A stretch of 64,000 nucleotides of DNA. Source: Raillietiella orientalis (lineage: Eukaryota). Numbering within the stretch: position 1 is the first letter of the stretch; each line of letters starts with the position of its first letter. Both the position numbers and the translations under genes were made by a program. Positions 10,339 through 24,899 of this stretch are shown one piece after another. Location: NCBI GenBank assembly GCA_036172245.1, contig JAYWIR010000005.1, positions 4,588,001 to 4,652,000 of the forward strand. The letters run 5' to 3'. The notes under the pieces were generated by a model that saw only the letters and a list, made by a program, of their open reading frames with translations, was not told the origin of the DNA and made no database searches.

Positions 10339-13300
10339 TTTTTTTTTCACCCGGCGTTTATTGCAGAATCGCATTTCCGGGTCACAAGCACGGAAAAACC
10401 ATTTCTCCACGGTGGGGCACAAAAATTCCGCAACGTCGGTGCGCATCCAGAGACGTTTCTGCTCACGAACAGGTTACCCAGCTAGGGAAGGAAGAACGGA
10501 AGGGGAATTTTTAAAAAAAAAAACAAATCATCAAGAAAGTTAATTTTCGAAACAATGAGGGAAGGATGGGATGGAAAGGGCTTGCAGGAACCTCTCTGGC
10601 GTCCTGTGCATCCCATCCAGGACACTGGCAAGTTCCTCCTCGAAACGCAAGGCTCTGCGAGAACATCCCTTAACGGGCACGCGGTTCCAAGGAGAGACCG
10701 GTGCCATTGCATCACTCGTTTTAAGGAGGAGTGCACTCCAGCGCCCTGTTTATCATTTCTAGTTTCGATAGAATTCTTTCCGGAAAGCTGCAGCGGGTGA
10801 CCTTTCGAAGACTCCCCGTGGGACTGCGTCACAGCCTTTAAAAGGATCCATATACGTCCAGAGAATCATTTGCATTGGCATAAACAGATGCACCTGAGGA
10901 TTGCGACGGAAAGCCTGCGAGGGGGTTCTACAGCATGCTGAAGTAGCGCAGCTCGAAGCTCCTTTTAATGGGGAATATGCAAATGGGGCGCCATTTTGAA
11001 CTTTCATGAACTTGTACGAAGATTCCACGCACTTTGGCTCTCCTCGCTTAATTATGCAAGGAGTGAGTCTGGCTTGCGAAACCGTGGAAACGCGGTTCTT
11101 CTTCCTTCCCAAAGAAGCACGATGCTTCTTCATATGCATGACGGTGACGTGCTTCCTAGAGCGGAAGAGGGAAACCAGTAAGCAATCGATAGGCACCAGT
11201 CATTCCGGGACGAGTGGGGAATGCTGAAACAAGCTGCGAGTTTTCTGAACGTTCAAACCTGATCACGGTGCTATGGTTTGGTGATCACGTATGTCCCAGC
11301 GCACTTTAAGGACTGTTTTTGAGTTGGAACCATCTCTCCGTGATCCGATTATCATGTGGCATCTCCATTCTTCAGCTCCCGACGTGATCCATTAGGACCA
11401 CTATCTGCAGTTAGCAATCAAGGAACAGAACCGTATAAGTTCGTCCGAATAGCGTGGTTCTCTGCCCTCAGTCTAATTGCATGCTGCAGCGTTCTTGTTT
11501 CATCTGGGGCACATCTTCAGGAAAGCAGAATGACGGAATGGAGCCGGAATCCAAACGCCCAGAGAATGGATTTGCCCACAAACTGCCTCTTGCTGTTTTT
11601 TCTACTTCTATTTTTGTCGGCTGCAAAGGCGAAACCAGCGACTTCTCTTCGATTCACATGGCAACCGTGGATCGGTTGTTCGACCCGATTCGAAATGGAC
11701 TTTGGGAATCGATTTTCGTACATGCAGGAGGGATGGGCATTTCCTGTTGCCGGTGATGGGCAAAATGCAAAAGGCATCCACAAGGATTCCATCTTTCCCA
11801 CGAATCCTTGAGGTGGATCACGGAGACATGCATCAAGGGAATTACATGAAGCTCATTTGTTTCGTGACAGTGACGCTGGACGAATCAAAAAATTGCAGGC
11901 TCTGGTGCTTCCCAAAGAGCACAAGTAGTGAGGCCCTGAGGATGCGCTTTTCCTGAAGGCAAAGAAGGGAGTGTGTTTTCGCCTCTGTTTTCATCAAGGA
12001 CCCTCATGGCGCTTTCGTGATACTCGAGAGCTGAGTTCCTCCTTTGATGCAGCCTCCCATCCACGCGACACCATCGCACATTTGTGACTTTGTTCCTCTA
12101 GAGATTGCTTTTTTTTTTTTTTTCATTTTCTGAATGATGGCGAGAGGTGAGACGCTGCTCCAGGAGGGCGATTTGACTGCCCAAGGAGAACCCAAAGAAT
12201 TCAATTCTGGCTCGTAGGCCGCCGCAAATTGGAATTTCGATTCACTCCTTTGGTGGCGCCGAACGATTGATCCCATCTCCCGAGCAGAATGCTCTGAGAT
12301 CCCCAGGCCACCAGGAATCCAGGGAGACAAGGAACTGCGACTCAAAATGAATCGGGCTCGCTGGTGCTCCCGTGGCTCTCAGGCAAAAGTGAGGGCTGGA
12401 GGGAACCAACGTGCGCGGGATTGTCCAGCAGCTCAGACGACTTTTCGACCTAAAGTCCTGTAAAGATGGTGCTCATTGGGATGCGAATCCAAGGCTTCTT
12501 CATGGGATTCTCAAGAAGGGTAAATTTGAGTTCATCATCGACTGAACGCTGCGCTGGAGACTGGGGTGATATGACAGCATCCAGCATCCGGTTCTCGTAA
12601 TGATGGAGCCTGTCGATGAACATTCAGAGAATTCGGGACTGGGAGGATGATAGAAGAGTGCAGAAATTGCTCCTGCTACCGCAGTTGATGACAATAGAGG
12701 AGCAACAGAGAGCTCAGATCTGGAAGAAGTTGGGAACAAAGCTTAAAAGGACGAAACAGCGGCCCTATGAAGGGCGAGGAGACCCATGTTTGATGGAGCA
12801 GGTAAGGATGCCATTGCAAGGAGCCAGAAAAAGAGGGCCAGAGCCTCCGGATGCGACATGATCCGGCAGAAGAAAGAAAGAAGAAAAAAAAGACTTTCTT
12901 CGAGAAAGCAGGAAGTTGGAAATCAACAGGCAGACAAGGAGGAAACTCTTGGAACTTTTCTTCGATGTCTTTTAAAGTTGAGAGGCAATGGGCAAAATGA
13001 GCTCCTGCTGCTCTTCACCCGAGATGGACGTGCTCTAGGGAAGAACATTAAGCAAAGGAGACTTTGGGAGGGAACCCAACAGCAATCTTCTCTGTCCTCC
13101 AAAAACAAATCCTGGATGAGGAACTGAGAGGGGCTATTGCAGCCCAGGAAGCAGAAGAGAAAAAAGAAGAGACGGGCCAACTAGATGCAGTTCAAAACTG
13201 ATTCGCAGCATAAAAGAGAAGAAACCGCTGCTTTTGCAGACAACACTGAAAGCGACGGAGCGCGGCCAATCGTGCCCTTGCCTTTAGGCTATTGCGTGTG

Positions 13301-15800
13301 GTCGTCGGCAATTTTGATCATGAAGAGGAACTGGAGAAGCGCTTGATGCTTCCATAGCGTGGGATTTCACGCAGATGGGATCCCATACGTGTCTCTGCTT
13401 CCGAGGTTATGATCGCATCCCTTGGGATCGTCTTCCAGATCTTGAAATGCAGCCTCAAGTTCCTCGCATCACCAAAAGATTCAATCGTCGCTCTTGGTTT
13501 GCAGGTCGCCATGCATCTCTTTGCATTTCAAAGTTATCTCCGACCTTCTCCCTCCATTATGCTAAGTGGCAGATGGTCGATTCTGTGGTCATTTTCAAAA
13601 GCATTTTTGCTTTGAAGTTGCTTCTGGCACACGTCGGTTCCACATTCTTGGTCCCACTTCTCCAGGTACTAAATGTTCCAAAAGAACTCTGTGATTAGAA
13701 ATTCTCCCTTCGATTAAATAGAGGAAGATGGACTCTTCAGAGGGATCTCGCGTTGGCAGAGCGGTTTGTGGCCTTAAACATTGGCGGAGACCAAGCATTT
13801 CTAAATCTGCAACCTTCCTTTGAAAAGGGACGTCAGGTGACCTGCTTCTTCATTCACTTTTGCCAACAGGGATGTCCCTGTTTCCAGTAAGCCGCTCCTT
13901 CGTAAAGAAACAGCGGCGACGAGTGCTGCCAGAAATTTCTCCAAGCGTCCTCAGCAGGTAATCCTTCCCCATTCGACCTCCGCTTTCCCCCCCCCCCCCC
14001 CTTCTGCCCCAACAAGGGCGTAACCTTCCTGGACGGATGAAACTGGCACAAGCTATCTGCAGACTCCATTCATCCAAGAGCCAGAAACAGGTTTGAAACT
14101 CTTCTTGAATGGATGGAAATCCTAGACTGACCGGAACTTGAATCTCTTTGTCCTCCTACAGAACAGGAAGATTGGAAGCCCAAATTGCGACCACAACCTA
14201 CGTGCAGCCTGCCACCTCCTCCCAACACTCCGCGACTTCCCATTAAGCCCTGTTCCGGGATGAGCTACGGGAAACATGCGTGTTTCCTTGCGGTGATATC
14301 CGGATGTATTCTTCGGCTGGCCCAGATTCCTCCAGGTTCACGCAAAGTGGATAGGGAGCGAGCTCATCCAGGGGCAGCTGAGAGTGAACGGAACTGTATC
14401 GCTCCCTGAGGTGTCCGCTTTTATCCGCGCTTGCAGGGGACGAGGAACTCCACTTACCACTCGCCATCGCATCTGCGTGCTCTTTACGTTCCCTTTCAGT
14501 CCGATGATGCTGGCCGCAGGACGTTCCACCTAAGTCCGAAGGCAGGCTGATGACCTTCCTTCCTTCTCGCTTTTATCAAGTCTTCCACTTTGAGTAATTG
14601 GAGGGGAGGCAGCACACCATGCGAAGAATTCTCCACCATTTCCGCAACCGAGCCACCCTCTCCGCCTCACCCTCCGGACAAGGCTGGAATCACTCGAGAG
14701 TCCTCCCCTCCCCCATTTGCTCTTTCAGCCGGTTCCGCGGCCAGACCCCGTCTCTTCATGACGCATGGTCGACCGCCAATCCTCGGGAGCACGCCGTCTC
14801 GGCTTTTCCGTCGTCTTCCGTCCCGGAGCGTCGACTTGCAATCGGCCGCAGAGATGGGCTGGTAAGAGACCACCTGGTCAGCCCCCCCCCTCCCGCATGC
14901 GGGCAACCGCTGCGGCAGTCGGACTTCGCTTTGTCAATGTTGCTCCACGGACGACCCTCCCTGAACGACGCGCCACACCGCCCACGGGAAGCGATTCCCC
15001 GCAGACACCACGCCGACTCGCTCTGCGTAGATGAATTTCTTCCGTCGAGAGGAAAGCGCTGGACTCTCACCGTCCCTCGGTGACGGCGTTTTCTCCCAAG
15101 AGAAAAAAGTCCCTCCTGCTTGCGTTGGATCTTGCTCGGGATGGGGGAGATTTTCCTCCTCAACTGGAGGTCGGTCGGAGGCCGCATCTCCATCGGTGGA
15201 TGATTTGGGGCTGACCAAACGTTCACGTCGCCTTCGGTGGCTACGGGATCCGGCATTTCATCCCGGGGGGGTCGTTCGCAAGGTTGGCTGCCGTCGTGAG
15301 AAACCGTCCAAGGAAGAGGCTCGGAGATGGAATCTCCGGCTGATCTCAGAAGCGGTCACCTCAAACGCCTCAGAAACGGTGCGCTTTAGATGGTCACCTC
15401 AGAAACGGCGGGGGCATCCACTGTTTCTGAGATGACCCCTTGCTTTTGACTGACGTCAGGTTCGTGGACCTCACCCTCCGTGGAAAGTTCTGAGCCGCTC
15501 GCTCCGATCTTGGACTCCTTGAAGTGCTTCTTCGAGATCCTCCTTCGGGACTCCACGGTGAAAGGAGTCCACGGATGCACATGCAGCCTTCCAGAGAATC
15601 CCGTCTGGAAGGAGTGGATCCTGCAGTGGAGAGGAGCTTTCGTTTCTACGAGAAAAACAAGCTGTAGATCGTTGAAATAAATCATCCACCAATCAACGTC
15701 GTTTCTCCCCCCCCCCTCCTTTTTCTCCCACCCCTTTCCAGCAGATTCGAAAGATTTCCAGGGCAAGAAGTTTCAGTAGTCATTAAGCAGAGGCTCTGGT
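10339..15800 (-). mobile_element. Near full-length but heavily decayed plant-type L1
   Basis: DUF4283-like WMIYF...LHVHPWTP (~15690-15563), knuckle remnant RCGASFREGRP (~14985-14950), APE end IDHLPL (~13582-13563), RT motifs FAAAYE (~12230-12212) and SLQFFDSS (~11901-11878). 3' region is homologous to 8286-9112 and ends AATAAACGCCGGGTG followed by an A-run (10362-10339). Confidence 0.7.
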
Positions 15801-16399
15801 CTTTCTAATCCTCCGCAGTCGTAAACTTCAGCGAGGAGCCCGAAGAGCTTCTTGGGGCTCGAGCCCTGAGGTTTTATGGTAGACGTAAAAGTATCTGGGG
15901 CGCATTCCAGTCCCTTTGATTAATGTCTTTGGCATCGGGGAGGAGGAGACTCATCCCGAAATGGACAACCGAAAATTCAGTTCTCTGCTGCGATAACTGA
16001 ATCTTCCTTCATCACCAATAAAACGCTCCTTGGAAGCTCTCCCTGCTGAAAATCTCAGCCCGCTTTTAATTAATTTAGTCTTCCGAGATCTCTGTCAGGA
16101 GTGAGGGGGCCTGCAGCGCAAAAAAATAAGAAAAAAAGAAACAAAAAAAGAGAGAAGGAAAAGAAGAAAGAGGAAGAGCTTCCTCTTGCTTTGATGCCCG
16201 TGAGGTGCAGCATCTGCTCTGGAACAAAAAAAAAAAAAATGTTTCAGCTCTCGGAGAAGCGGGTGGATCCTCTCTCGTGAAGCTGCTACATTTTGATACA
16301 TGCGGATGATCTTCTCTTCTACGAGGGCTTCTTCTTCTGTGCGTGTGTTCCGTCGGTTGCTGCGCAGGCGATGATCCAGAAAGCCTCCGCGTGCTCTTG

Positions 16400-16802
16400 C
16401 AGACAGCAGAGGAAGGTGGTGATCGTTGGTGCACCCGGAAAGGGCCGATGGCATCAAGGAGACCTCAGTCGACCGCAGCTGGCTTCGCGGCATGCGGCCG
16501 CTGCAGCAGTCCAGACACAATCACCGGATCGCACGGTGTGGGACGCGCTCGCGGACCGTAGCAGAGGAGAGCAGAGAGAGGTCACCGAACAGCGCGCCGC
16601 TTGGAGGACCCGAGTGAGCACAAGTGTAGCTTTCTTCGATTCGCTTCTTGTGAGGCAGCCGCTTAGGGTGGTATGCGAGGGTGATGCAGAGCGGATCTGC
16701 ACGCTCCCTCCCTCCCGGCGAATCCTTCAATCTCTTCCCGCTGGTTTATTTTATGTATTGTATATGTTTACATGGAATAAACGCCCCGGCGTGACCGGGT
16801 GA
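16400..16802 (+). mobile_element. Short L1 3' end
   Basis: Ends in AATAAACGCCCCGGCGTGACCGGGTGA (16776-16802). Weak similarity to 18580-18700. Confidence 0.55.
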
Positions 16803-16879
16803 GAAATCTCTTCCCGCTCAGCCTTTCCCATCTTCCACTTGCCAGTCTCACGTGACAAGAGCTGCGAAGCGCGTTCCAT

Positions 16880-18922
16880 CAAGGTGGATGCACCGTGATG
16901 AGTGATTGATGTGGAAAATGAGGCGCGATCATGGAGAGATCTCTGCTCTTCGGGCGTCAGCCCTTGCAGCGTCTGTGCCAAGCTCCCTGGTGCTTCTTCT
17001 GTCAAGAACCACGGGCACGCTTGTTACCGAATCATCTCGAGGCGTGCTCTCGCAGAACCTCGATTCTCCCGTTTGCATCCGTTGGTGAATCCCTCCCCCC
17101 CTGCTTCGTCTCCAAGGTGAAGCGTTAGGGCGCGAGCTCGGATGGTTGGGCTGACCCTGCGAACGCAATGCACCTCGCAGATTTCCAGCTGAGACGACAA
17201 CGCGCTCGGCTCGCCCATCCTCCTCCCACACGTCACCCAAGGCATGTGACGGGGACCCCAAGAAGCCACCTCCAGATTCCGGGATGGCGACGGCACCACG
17301 AAACATACCAGTGTGGGCTTTGGAGTTGAGGCCGCGGAAAATAAAGTTGGGCAGACCCGGAAAGTCTCAGAGCTTGGACACTCGCGGTTCGACGGATCCC
17401 CAGAAATAAGACGCCCAGATCCAGGGAATCTCCAGCCGAGGGGTGCAACGCAAGAAACAGAGATCTAAGGAAACGCCAAAGGAGGATCAGTGATGGACCA
17501 CACTCCCGCCATGCACGGACTTGGCCATGACACACCAGATGCTGCTGGAATCCCAGAACCCACATCCAGGGGCGGCCGCCGGGAGCCGATGAGATACATA
17601 GACGGAGGGGCACATGAGGTTTAAGGATCGAGAAAGCCGTACGCTCCGGTCTGCGTTTCCTCCTACAGTTTCAGTCAGGAAGCACGCGATGCCACCAGCT
17701 CAAACGCCACCTCGATCCTCTCATTGGTGTGCTTCCGTACGTCACGTCCTCCACCGACGCGTGGGAAACTCAAGACTTCTTTCGTTGCTGCCGCGAAACC
17801 TACACCAAAGGACTGGATTCGGCTGCCCCCTGAGGCATCTGTCTTCGTTGCTGCTAACCCATCCGTGGATCTCCTGCCACCGCCCTATAAACTGGAATGT
17901 CTGGCGGCAGGAGGCTCTTGAGTTCTGGGTTGCCATTTTAGAAGTGCGCCCAGAGCAACTGCGACTGCTGCTGGGTGTCCTGCGAAAACTGCTGGGAAAT
18001 CTCCTGCAGGATTGGATGCAGTAGTTCCAGATAACCCTCACATCCCTTAATGCATGGTTGTCTGCCTTCGAGGCAAGTGATGACAACAGCCAACCAGAGG
18101 ATTGGGATTTCTCCTGCAACATTGCAGGAGTCGGAAAACTGAACGTCTGCAAGGTCAGCTGAGTTGATCAAGCCTCCACTCGTTTCTGGGCAAAGGGATC
18201 CCTTCTGTGGAGTGACCTGCTTGGTGCTCCCCTCGAAGAACTCGCGGTCCCTTCCCTTTGTGTGGACACCTCCGTGTTCCCGCTTCGGTGGAAACAGGAT
18301 GCTCTGCTGTTTCTGCACTGAATATTCCAGAGCAATCAGAGCAGACACCTGGTTTCCAGAGGAGTTGCCTCTCCGAACTGTTTCTGCTGGACTGCGTCAC
18401 CCTCGAGGACTTGTGGAGGAGACTCGCTTCGGCGCTCCGTAGACCACAGGACACCGCTTTGGACTCACTGCGATGCTTTTTCTCCGGAGGCGGGCTGAAA
18501 AAAAGTGCTGTCCCATTGCAACCCTCTGTTGCATCCACGCCATAGCGACAACCCGCCATGCTTTGGAGTCAACTTTGCAGCGAAGAGAGGTCACCAGAAT
18601 GACAGTTGCCCTGATGAGGACAGTTGCAAGGTGACCTTATCTGCCGGAAGAAGTCTCCAGGGAAATCGCCACCATCTACAGCCGCTTTTAAGGAGGAAGG
18701 AACGTGTCATACCAAAGACTGTCTCTCCTCCTTCCCCCTTTTTTTTGTTTATGTATTGTCCCCATCCTCCGTTCCCTACTTTTTGAAAGTCGGCTTGCGT
18801 GCTCGTGGTCAGCCTGAGGAACTTTTTTTTCTTTTTTGGCATCTCTTGTTTTTGAGGGGATTCTTTTCCCTTCCAACTCGTGGTTTATATTTTTGAAATA
18901 AACGTCCCGGCGTAACCGCGTT
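16880..18922 (+). mobile_element. Decayed L1 3' half (RT to 3' end)
   Basis: IDVENEARSW (~16905), VGESLPPCFV (~17080), S*DD (~17190), LFLLDC (~18380). 3' region is homologous to 62480-62660 (reverse complement). Terminal AATAAACGTCCCGGCGTAACCGCG at 18897-18920. Confidence 0.65.
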
Positions 18923-19399
18923 CGAACCTCGCGACAGAGAGAACTCTACCTGCTTCCGGTCGCGCAGTCCCGTTACACCCGACCCATGCGGCATCACCCC
19001 GATCCAAGCAGGAACGTATACCAGAAACGCCGCGAACGAACACCGATGCAAGCACGAAAGGCATGCTGCAGGATTAACTGGCGAGCTGGACACTGATTTG
19101 CGTCTCCGGTCACGACGACCGAGTGGGAGGTCACGTGAACGACCCGTGAGCTCCGCCGATCGATGTCTAGAGGCACCTTTGGTCTTCCTCTGACAAAACA
19201 GGAAGCGATTTCTTTCCTTTTTTTTTCTTTCTTTCCTTCTATGTTTTTGTCAACGAGACCTCCGGGGTTGACACGTTCTTTGCCTTGCCCGAACAGCGGA
19301 ATTTTTAAGCGACATTGAAGTTATCGGGAGCTGCCGGTCTCTGCGCTACCGAGAAGTGGAAGAGAGCGAGCGGAGGTCGACTTCCACTCACTCTCAGAT

Positions 19400-20950
19400 G
19401 AAAGGATGGGAGGGACTTTGTTCAACCGGGAGTCGGATGCTTAAATGCGAAACGGACTCACATGAGAAGACGAGCTGTCGAGCCTGCGCCGGCTCGCAGA
19501 AAGGCCACTTCGACTAGCAGGAACGCCAAGAGACCGAGGCAGTGGACTGGCGGCTTTTTACGAGAGGTTGAGAGCTGCTCCCCTCTATTCGAGGATTTGC
19601 AAACCCAGTTGCTCCAGGACGTCCATCCAAATAGATCGACTTACAATCACGTGTCTTGGGATCACGATTCGGGGAACAAGCCCGTTTTCAAGGGAAGGAG
19701 CGCTCAGTGCGGAAAGGCCAAGGGGATAGTGAGGGATAAAACCAGGTAAATAAATGAAAAGACGATGCTGGAAAACACCGAGAGTAAACAGAGTTTATCG
19801 TCTGCAGGAAGTGAGGGAGGGAAGAAGAAGAGTCGCTGAGTTTCTGTACTGCGTCCTTTCCATGCAATTTCATGACAGTCCTGGAGCGGACTCGGGTGGG
19901 GTCCCTTCGCCACCCTCAGCGTAGTCAGGATCGAGCTAACTTCCTATGCTGGGGTAGCCGCTCTGCGTGGCGGTTCGCGACAGCTGCGCGGATGCATCCC
20001 AGGATATCAAGAGACCCAGCAGTCGAGAGTCCTCGAGGCTTAGAAGAAACGCCGCAGAAGTTGCGGAAGGGGAATCCCCCCGGATGCGGGGGGGCTGCTT
20101 GCACTCGCTGTGGAGGAACTCGCTCAGTCCAGAAGCCGGTGAGAGGGCTGTTCGGTCACCCCGTCCGCTTTGCACAGCTCGGGGACGCGTTTCATCCCTC
20201 GTTCAGTGTCGCCGGCGTTGGCTGCACGGGAAACCCCAGTCCGGGAAGAATGTTGCCGGGTGTTGCTTCCGGAGGGGAAGTTCTTCACCGTCCAGAAGGT
20301 TGGTGGGGTCCACTGTTACGTCCACGGGGAATGTCAGTATTGTCTGCCCACCGATCCAAGGGTTCCGGCAAAGAACCTCGCTTCCTTCGTGACCGGTTTC
20401 TCCCGGCAGCCATTGCACCTCTTCAAGATGGACTCATGTCCCAAGTTTATTTGCGCGAGCGGGAGGCGGAAGGGGATACCTCCATAGTCATCTCTGCAAA
20501 ATCTTCGACTCGTAGAGCTTCCGCTTGTCTCTTATCGTAACCTCGATTAAGAAAAGGAAAAATGGGAGCATAAATTTGTTTCCTGCCTTTAAAGTCAGCG
20601 GCGTCTGTTAATGCACTGCATCCACTTGGAGATGCTTTGGCGGGAGGGATAAGCAATTCCACATTGACCGGAAAGAGGCAGCCACGTCTTCGTCTAGCTG
20701 AAGCTTCCATGAGGGTAGCCGAAACCTTTGAGAAGGGATGGGTCCGATCTAGAGGACCATCTCCAGTGCTTCCCTCAAAGCCAGTGCGAGGCAACCATTT
20801 GCAAGAAGTACGAGAGCCTCTGGCGCGCGAGAGATCTGAACTTTCTCCGCATCCGGCGGTAACCGCAGTCGCCAGAGGAATCGACAAAGAGCGCGGGAGT
20901 GAGCGGCGGTGTGCCTGGATGAGGTTGTCACCACACGGCGCGCTTCAAAC
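19400..20950 (-). mobile_element. Decayed L1 5' half (ORF1 plus endonuclease start)
   Basis: VHLEEV...FFAGTLG (~20435-20355), VDVTVDP...FPCSQRRRH knuckle remnant, then IAWKGRS (~19870-19850), which resembles the APE motif xxWNxRG. Confidence 0.5.
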
Positions 20951-22199
20951 CAGCAGCGTGCGTATAGGGCGAGTCGCCCGTTGCGTCCCTCGTCCAGGAA
21001 TTGCAGTCAGCGGCCATCACGTCGAGCCAGCGATGCCGCCTCCGCTCCATTCGCGGCTCCTAGAGTTGTGAGAGCAATCGGGCAGTGCACCATCCTCTTG
21101 GGACTGACCCACTAGGAGGGAGTCGATGTAAGCAGGCATCCGATGCCGAAGAGACGAAGGTTTCCAGGACGATCGCGGAAGGAAGAGAAACTACCTAACT
21201 GCAGGGATGCTTCTCTGAAAATACATGACCAGTTTTGGACTGCATCAAGAGACTGGAGGGAAACTCAGCCCCTTTGAACCACGAAATGCATTTTCCATGC
21301 CTACGCCAATTCATGTTCTTAGCATAATCACATCCCTTATAAATGTTTCATTTATGTAATTGAGAAACGGCTACTAAAGAAAAGAAGACTCTAGAGATCC
21401 GCGTAGCCTGGAATAAAGGGATCGAAAATTCGATTCACTCGAACAAGGCTAAGTTTTTCGATGCCTTTCCTTGCAACATCCTGAAACTTCCTAGCAGACG
21501 GCTCTGCAACCCATCCCGTCCCGGATGGTCCATCGATCCCGCAATTCCCAGCGAGATCGGAATTCAGACCGCTCAAACATCAGATCCGACTGTTGGGGCT
21601 GACCTAGTGGGTTCCGTTGCATCCGACTATTGCTTGGTGGTTCTGGGAGTCGAGTTTGCATTCTCGGGAGGGTAGCAACAAGAAACCCCGCAGAATGAGG
21701 CGTTGGAAACGTTTCGCGTCGCTCTGGAGCAGTGGACCCCCACAGAGGGCTTAGGTAAAAAAAAAAAAAATGTTCCTGGAAGACATAGGGAAGAATCAAG
21801 GCAGCTAACAGGAACATGGGCCAGCTGAAGAGACTGCCAAACCATGTCAATAAGCCTCCGGGAATCTCGCGATTAACCCCCTTATTGAACCGTTTTGCAG
21901 GACCAAGAAGAAGAAAAAAATCGTAAAATAACTGGATTTTTTTTTCTTCTTTCAGATGAGGTACTAAAGAGTTCGAGATGAATTTCATGACGAAATCACA
22001 CGCAGCCACGCCTATAAATATGCCAATTTAAACAAGAATGCACTTTCAGCCATAAATCTTTTACTTGCTTTCCTCCTTGAGGTTGGGTTTATGAAATCAA
22101 AACATCTGCTTTTTGGTACGCAAAATGGAAATCTTTTCATTTCAAAAAAGAAAAAAAAAAAAAAAACGTATTCCGTGTTTCCTTTCCTTCCCTTCCTTT

Positions 22200-24230
22200 C
22201 TTTCTTTTCTTGTTCGCGTGATTTTCTTTCTCATTTCATCCCTTCGTTGGATTTCATTCCGAACTCTGCAGAGGCAGTTGCCACAGAAGCTGAAAGCTTC
22301 ATCCTCTTCTCCGAGTACGACGCCGACCATCTCGCTAGATGGCATCGGAAGAAGGGTTGCACCGCTCCTCTTTGCCAACCCAAATGAGTGTCGCCGTGGT
22401 GAAAAGTTCGGTCCTCGAGAGTCAAACTGTTTCCGTGCTGACCACTCGAAGAAGGTTGAAGTGGGGTTACTTATATGAGCTGAACTCCGATGGGGTTCCA
22501 AGTTACCAAAGTTGGTTTCTGTCAGCACTTGAGTGCATTCTGGCATCTCAGCAATCGAGAACACCAATGCTTCAGAAGGAAGAAAGGGGAATGAATTTGT
22601 GACGGCATCAAGAAACACATGAGACAAAATTGACTACGAAATTGACTATCTCTCCACCGCTTCCAGCTGCAGGAATCGAACCCAGATAGTGTCCGTTCCT
22701 TGGAAGCCTGATTCTGAGGTGAACGGGATGCTGAAATCCGTCGAAGATTCCCCGAAGAAAGTCTCTCGTGAGTTCACTTTAGGAGCAGTGCCGTTACATC
22801 CCCGTGCCTGTGCTCAGGCAGGGAGCTGCCAAGTTGCCTGAGGCCAACTCGACCTCCTTCAGGAAAAGGAAGGTATTGCAAAGGATGCTAGAATAGCAAG
22901 CAATGTAGGATGAACTTTCGCCTTTCTTAGTAGTGTTGCGCGAAAGCTGTGTGCTGTTTGCAGTCACCACTTAATTGCATAGCGATCTCTGATGTTTGAT
23001 GTGAAATCAAAGTCCAAATAATTGACAGGGAGTATGCAACCTTGATCCTGAACCAGAGGAACTATTTAGAGTACACAACTCCATTTCGCTGATAACTGGT
23101 CCACTCAAAATTCTCCCCCCACCTATGAAAATGCGCTCTCGTAGAGTCATGCTTCATAGAAGTTTGCTCTTCAAGCAGAATCAGATTTAATCTGGTTTAC
23201 TCAGCAATCCCTGGTCTAGTTGAAATTCTATCTTAATTTACCTGCACTTCTACGAAAGGCGCGAAACGGCGCCAAGAATGCAACTCTAAAGCATGTGAAT
23301 AGCCTTCAGCTGCCAGCAGCTGCTGCTTTCCTGTTGGTGTTAATTCGCGGTGGGCAAAACGATTCCACTTCGATGAAGTTACTAAATTGAGACTGCATGT
23401 GGTCAACTCCGACCCTAGCTAACTCTTTCAACTGCTGTCTAGCACCACGTACTATCCAATGCCTCTTGTTTAGAAGAACAAATTTTCTTGACTGCAGAAT
23501 TTGTTTACAGTCAGACGAGGTATTTAAACCTAGATCTTACATCCTTGGACCACAAACTTCAAACTAGCACTGAGTTAGAACACCGTGACCAAACAAGGGT
23601 TGCCAATTACCGATAACTCTTCGGCTGCAAAGGGGTGTGGCAACCGCTAAACTTCGGTTTCACGATTCTGTTCTTTTCACCTTCGCCAAAGTTCCGCTGC
23701 CCTACAGGAAGTAAAAAACAGCACAGCATAAGTTTCAAGAGAGACTTTGTGAGCTGAGCTCAACAACTCAACCTGCCGATTGGTGCTTTCCGTTATGCAG
23801 TCTCCGCAGCCTACCTCCAGCGTCGGTTTGGCGCTGGGAAGGAGAACTCCCGGACCCGTTCTTGTCAGATGATTTTTCTTCCGATTTTCACCTCTCATTA
23901 AGGGAAAGTTCAAGACTCTCCTTCCTTTCTTCGTGGTGCCCAAACCGCACTCTTTAGCAGTCGCTTCACGGAATGACCACAGGAGCAAAACGGATGGCCG
24001 TGAAGAACAGGCGTGCAGAACGGGAGGCACTTTTTCGATCCCAGGAATGCATTTACTGCTGCTTACCCGTTGGGGGGGAGGGAAAAAAAACACCGTTACT
24101 CGCGGAACAAGTCACTCCAACAGCCATTTTTTTTGTCAACATGCCAAATTGGGAATCCCTGTTTTCATTGCTTGATTTATGGAGACGAGGAGTGCCTCGA
24201 GTGAAATCAAATTTTTTCCCTTATCAAGCT
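22200..24230 (-). mobile_element. Decayed L1 RT and C-terminus
   Basis: GIEKVPPV, FPLMRG...GPGVLLPS and SLETYAVLFF in ORF 23677-24093. TSTFFEWS and LCRVRNEI in ORF 22142-22627. Confidence 0.55.
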
Positions 24231-24899
24231 GTGGTACTGTGACACTGATCGATTAACACATCTCGAAAAAGACAAAAAGTCTTTGTATGGTTTTAAAGTT
24301 CGCCTTAATGATTAATGACTGGAAAGTAAACCAGTACAATTAAGCACTAAAATGGGATATCACTCAAACGCTATTCCAAGAATGAAGCCTTTGCATGGAT
24401 TTACAAACACCGCTGCTTTTGGCCAGTTGCCAATTCTGGGATGATAAATTCCCTCCTCCGCTGGGAGAGGCTATCGAGGCTCTGGAGCAGCTCTAACAAA
24501 AGACGCGTTCTCCACGTGTCTGTGCGAAGGACACACATGTTCAGGTTTCCAGAGAGGTGCCTGCTACCTTCCGGTAGAACGTGTAAGTTGAGCTGGAGCG
24601 TCAGCTGACCAGAAAGGAAGAGAAGGTCTGAACGCGGCGAAGACAGTGGCAACCTCGCCCTGGAACCTCGCCTGAAGACTGTGAGCTTCGGGGAACCCGA
24701 TGACGTGACCAAGGTTTCCGTGCAGGACCGAGATCGTCACAAATTGCTCTTACGGAATTTCGTGCTCTGCAAGGGGTTCTAGTTGGTGTTCGAGACCACA
24801 AAGCCAGACAGGTTAATCCGGAACAGCACACTCGAGGGAGAGTGCGCATGCTCAAAAAAAACAATGCCGTTCCCGCTAACTGTGAACCTGGGATCGATG

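Noticed and set aside
18611..18640. CTGATGAG as a ribozyme core
   Set aside because: It lies within L1 C-terminal coding homology and no GAAA follows.
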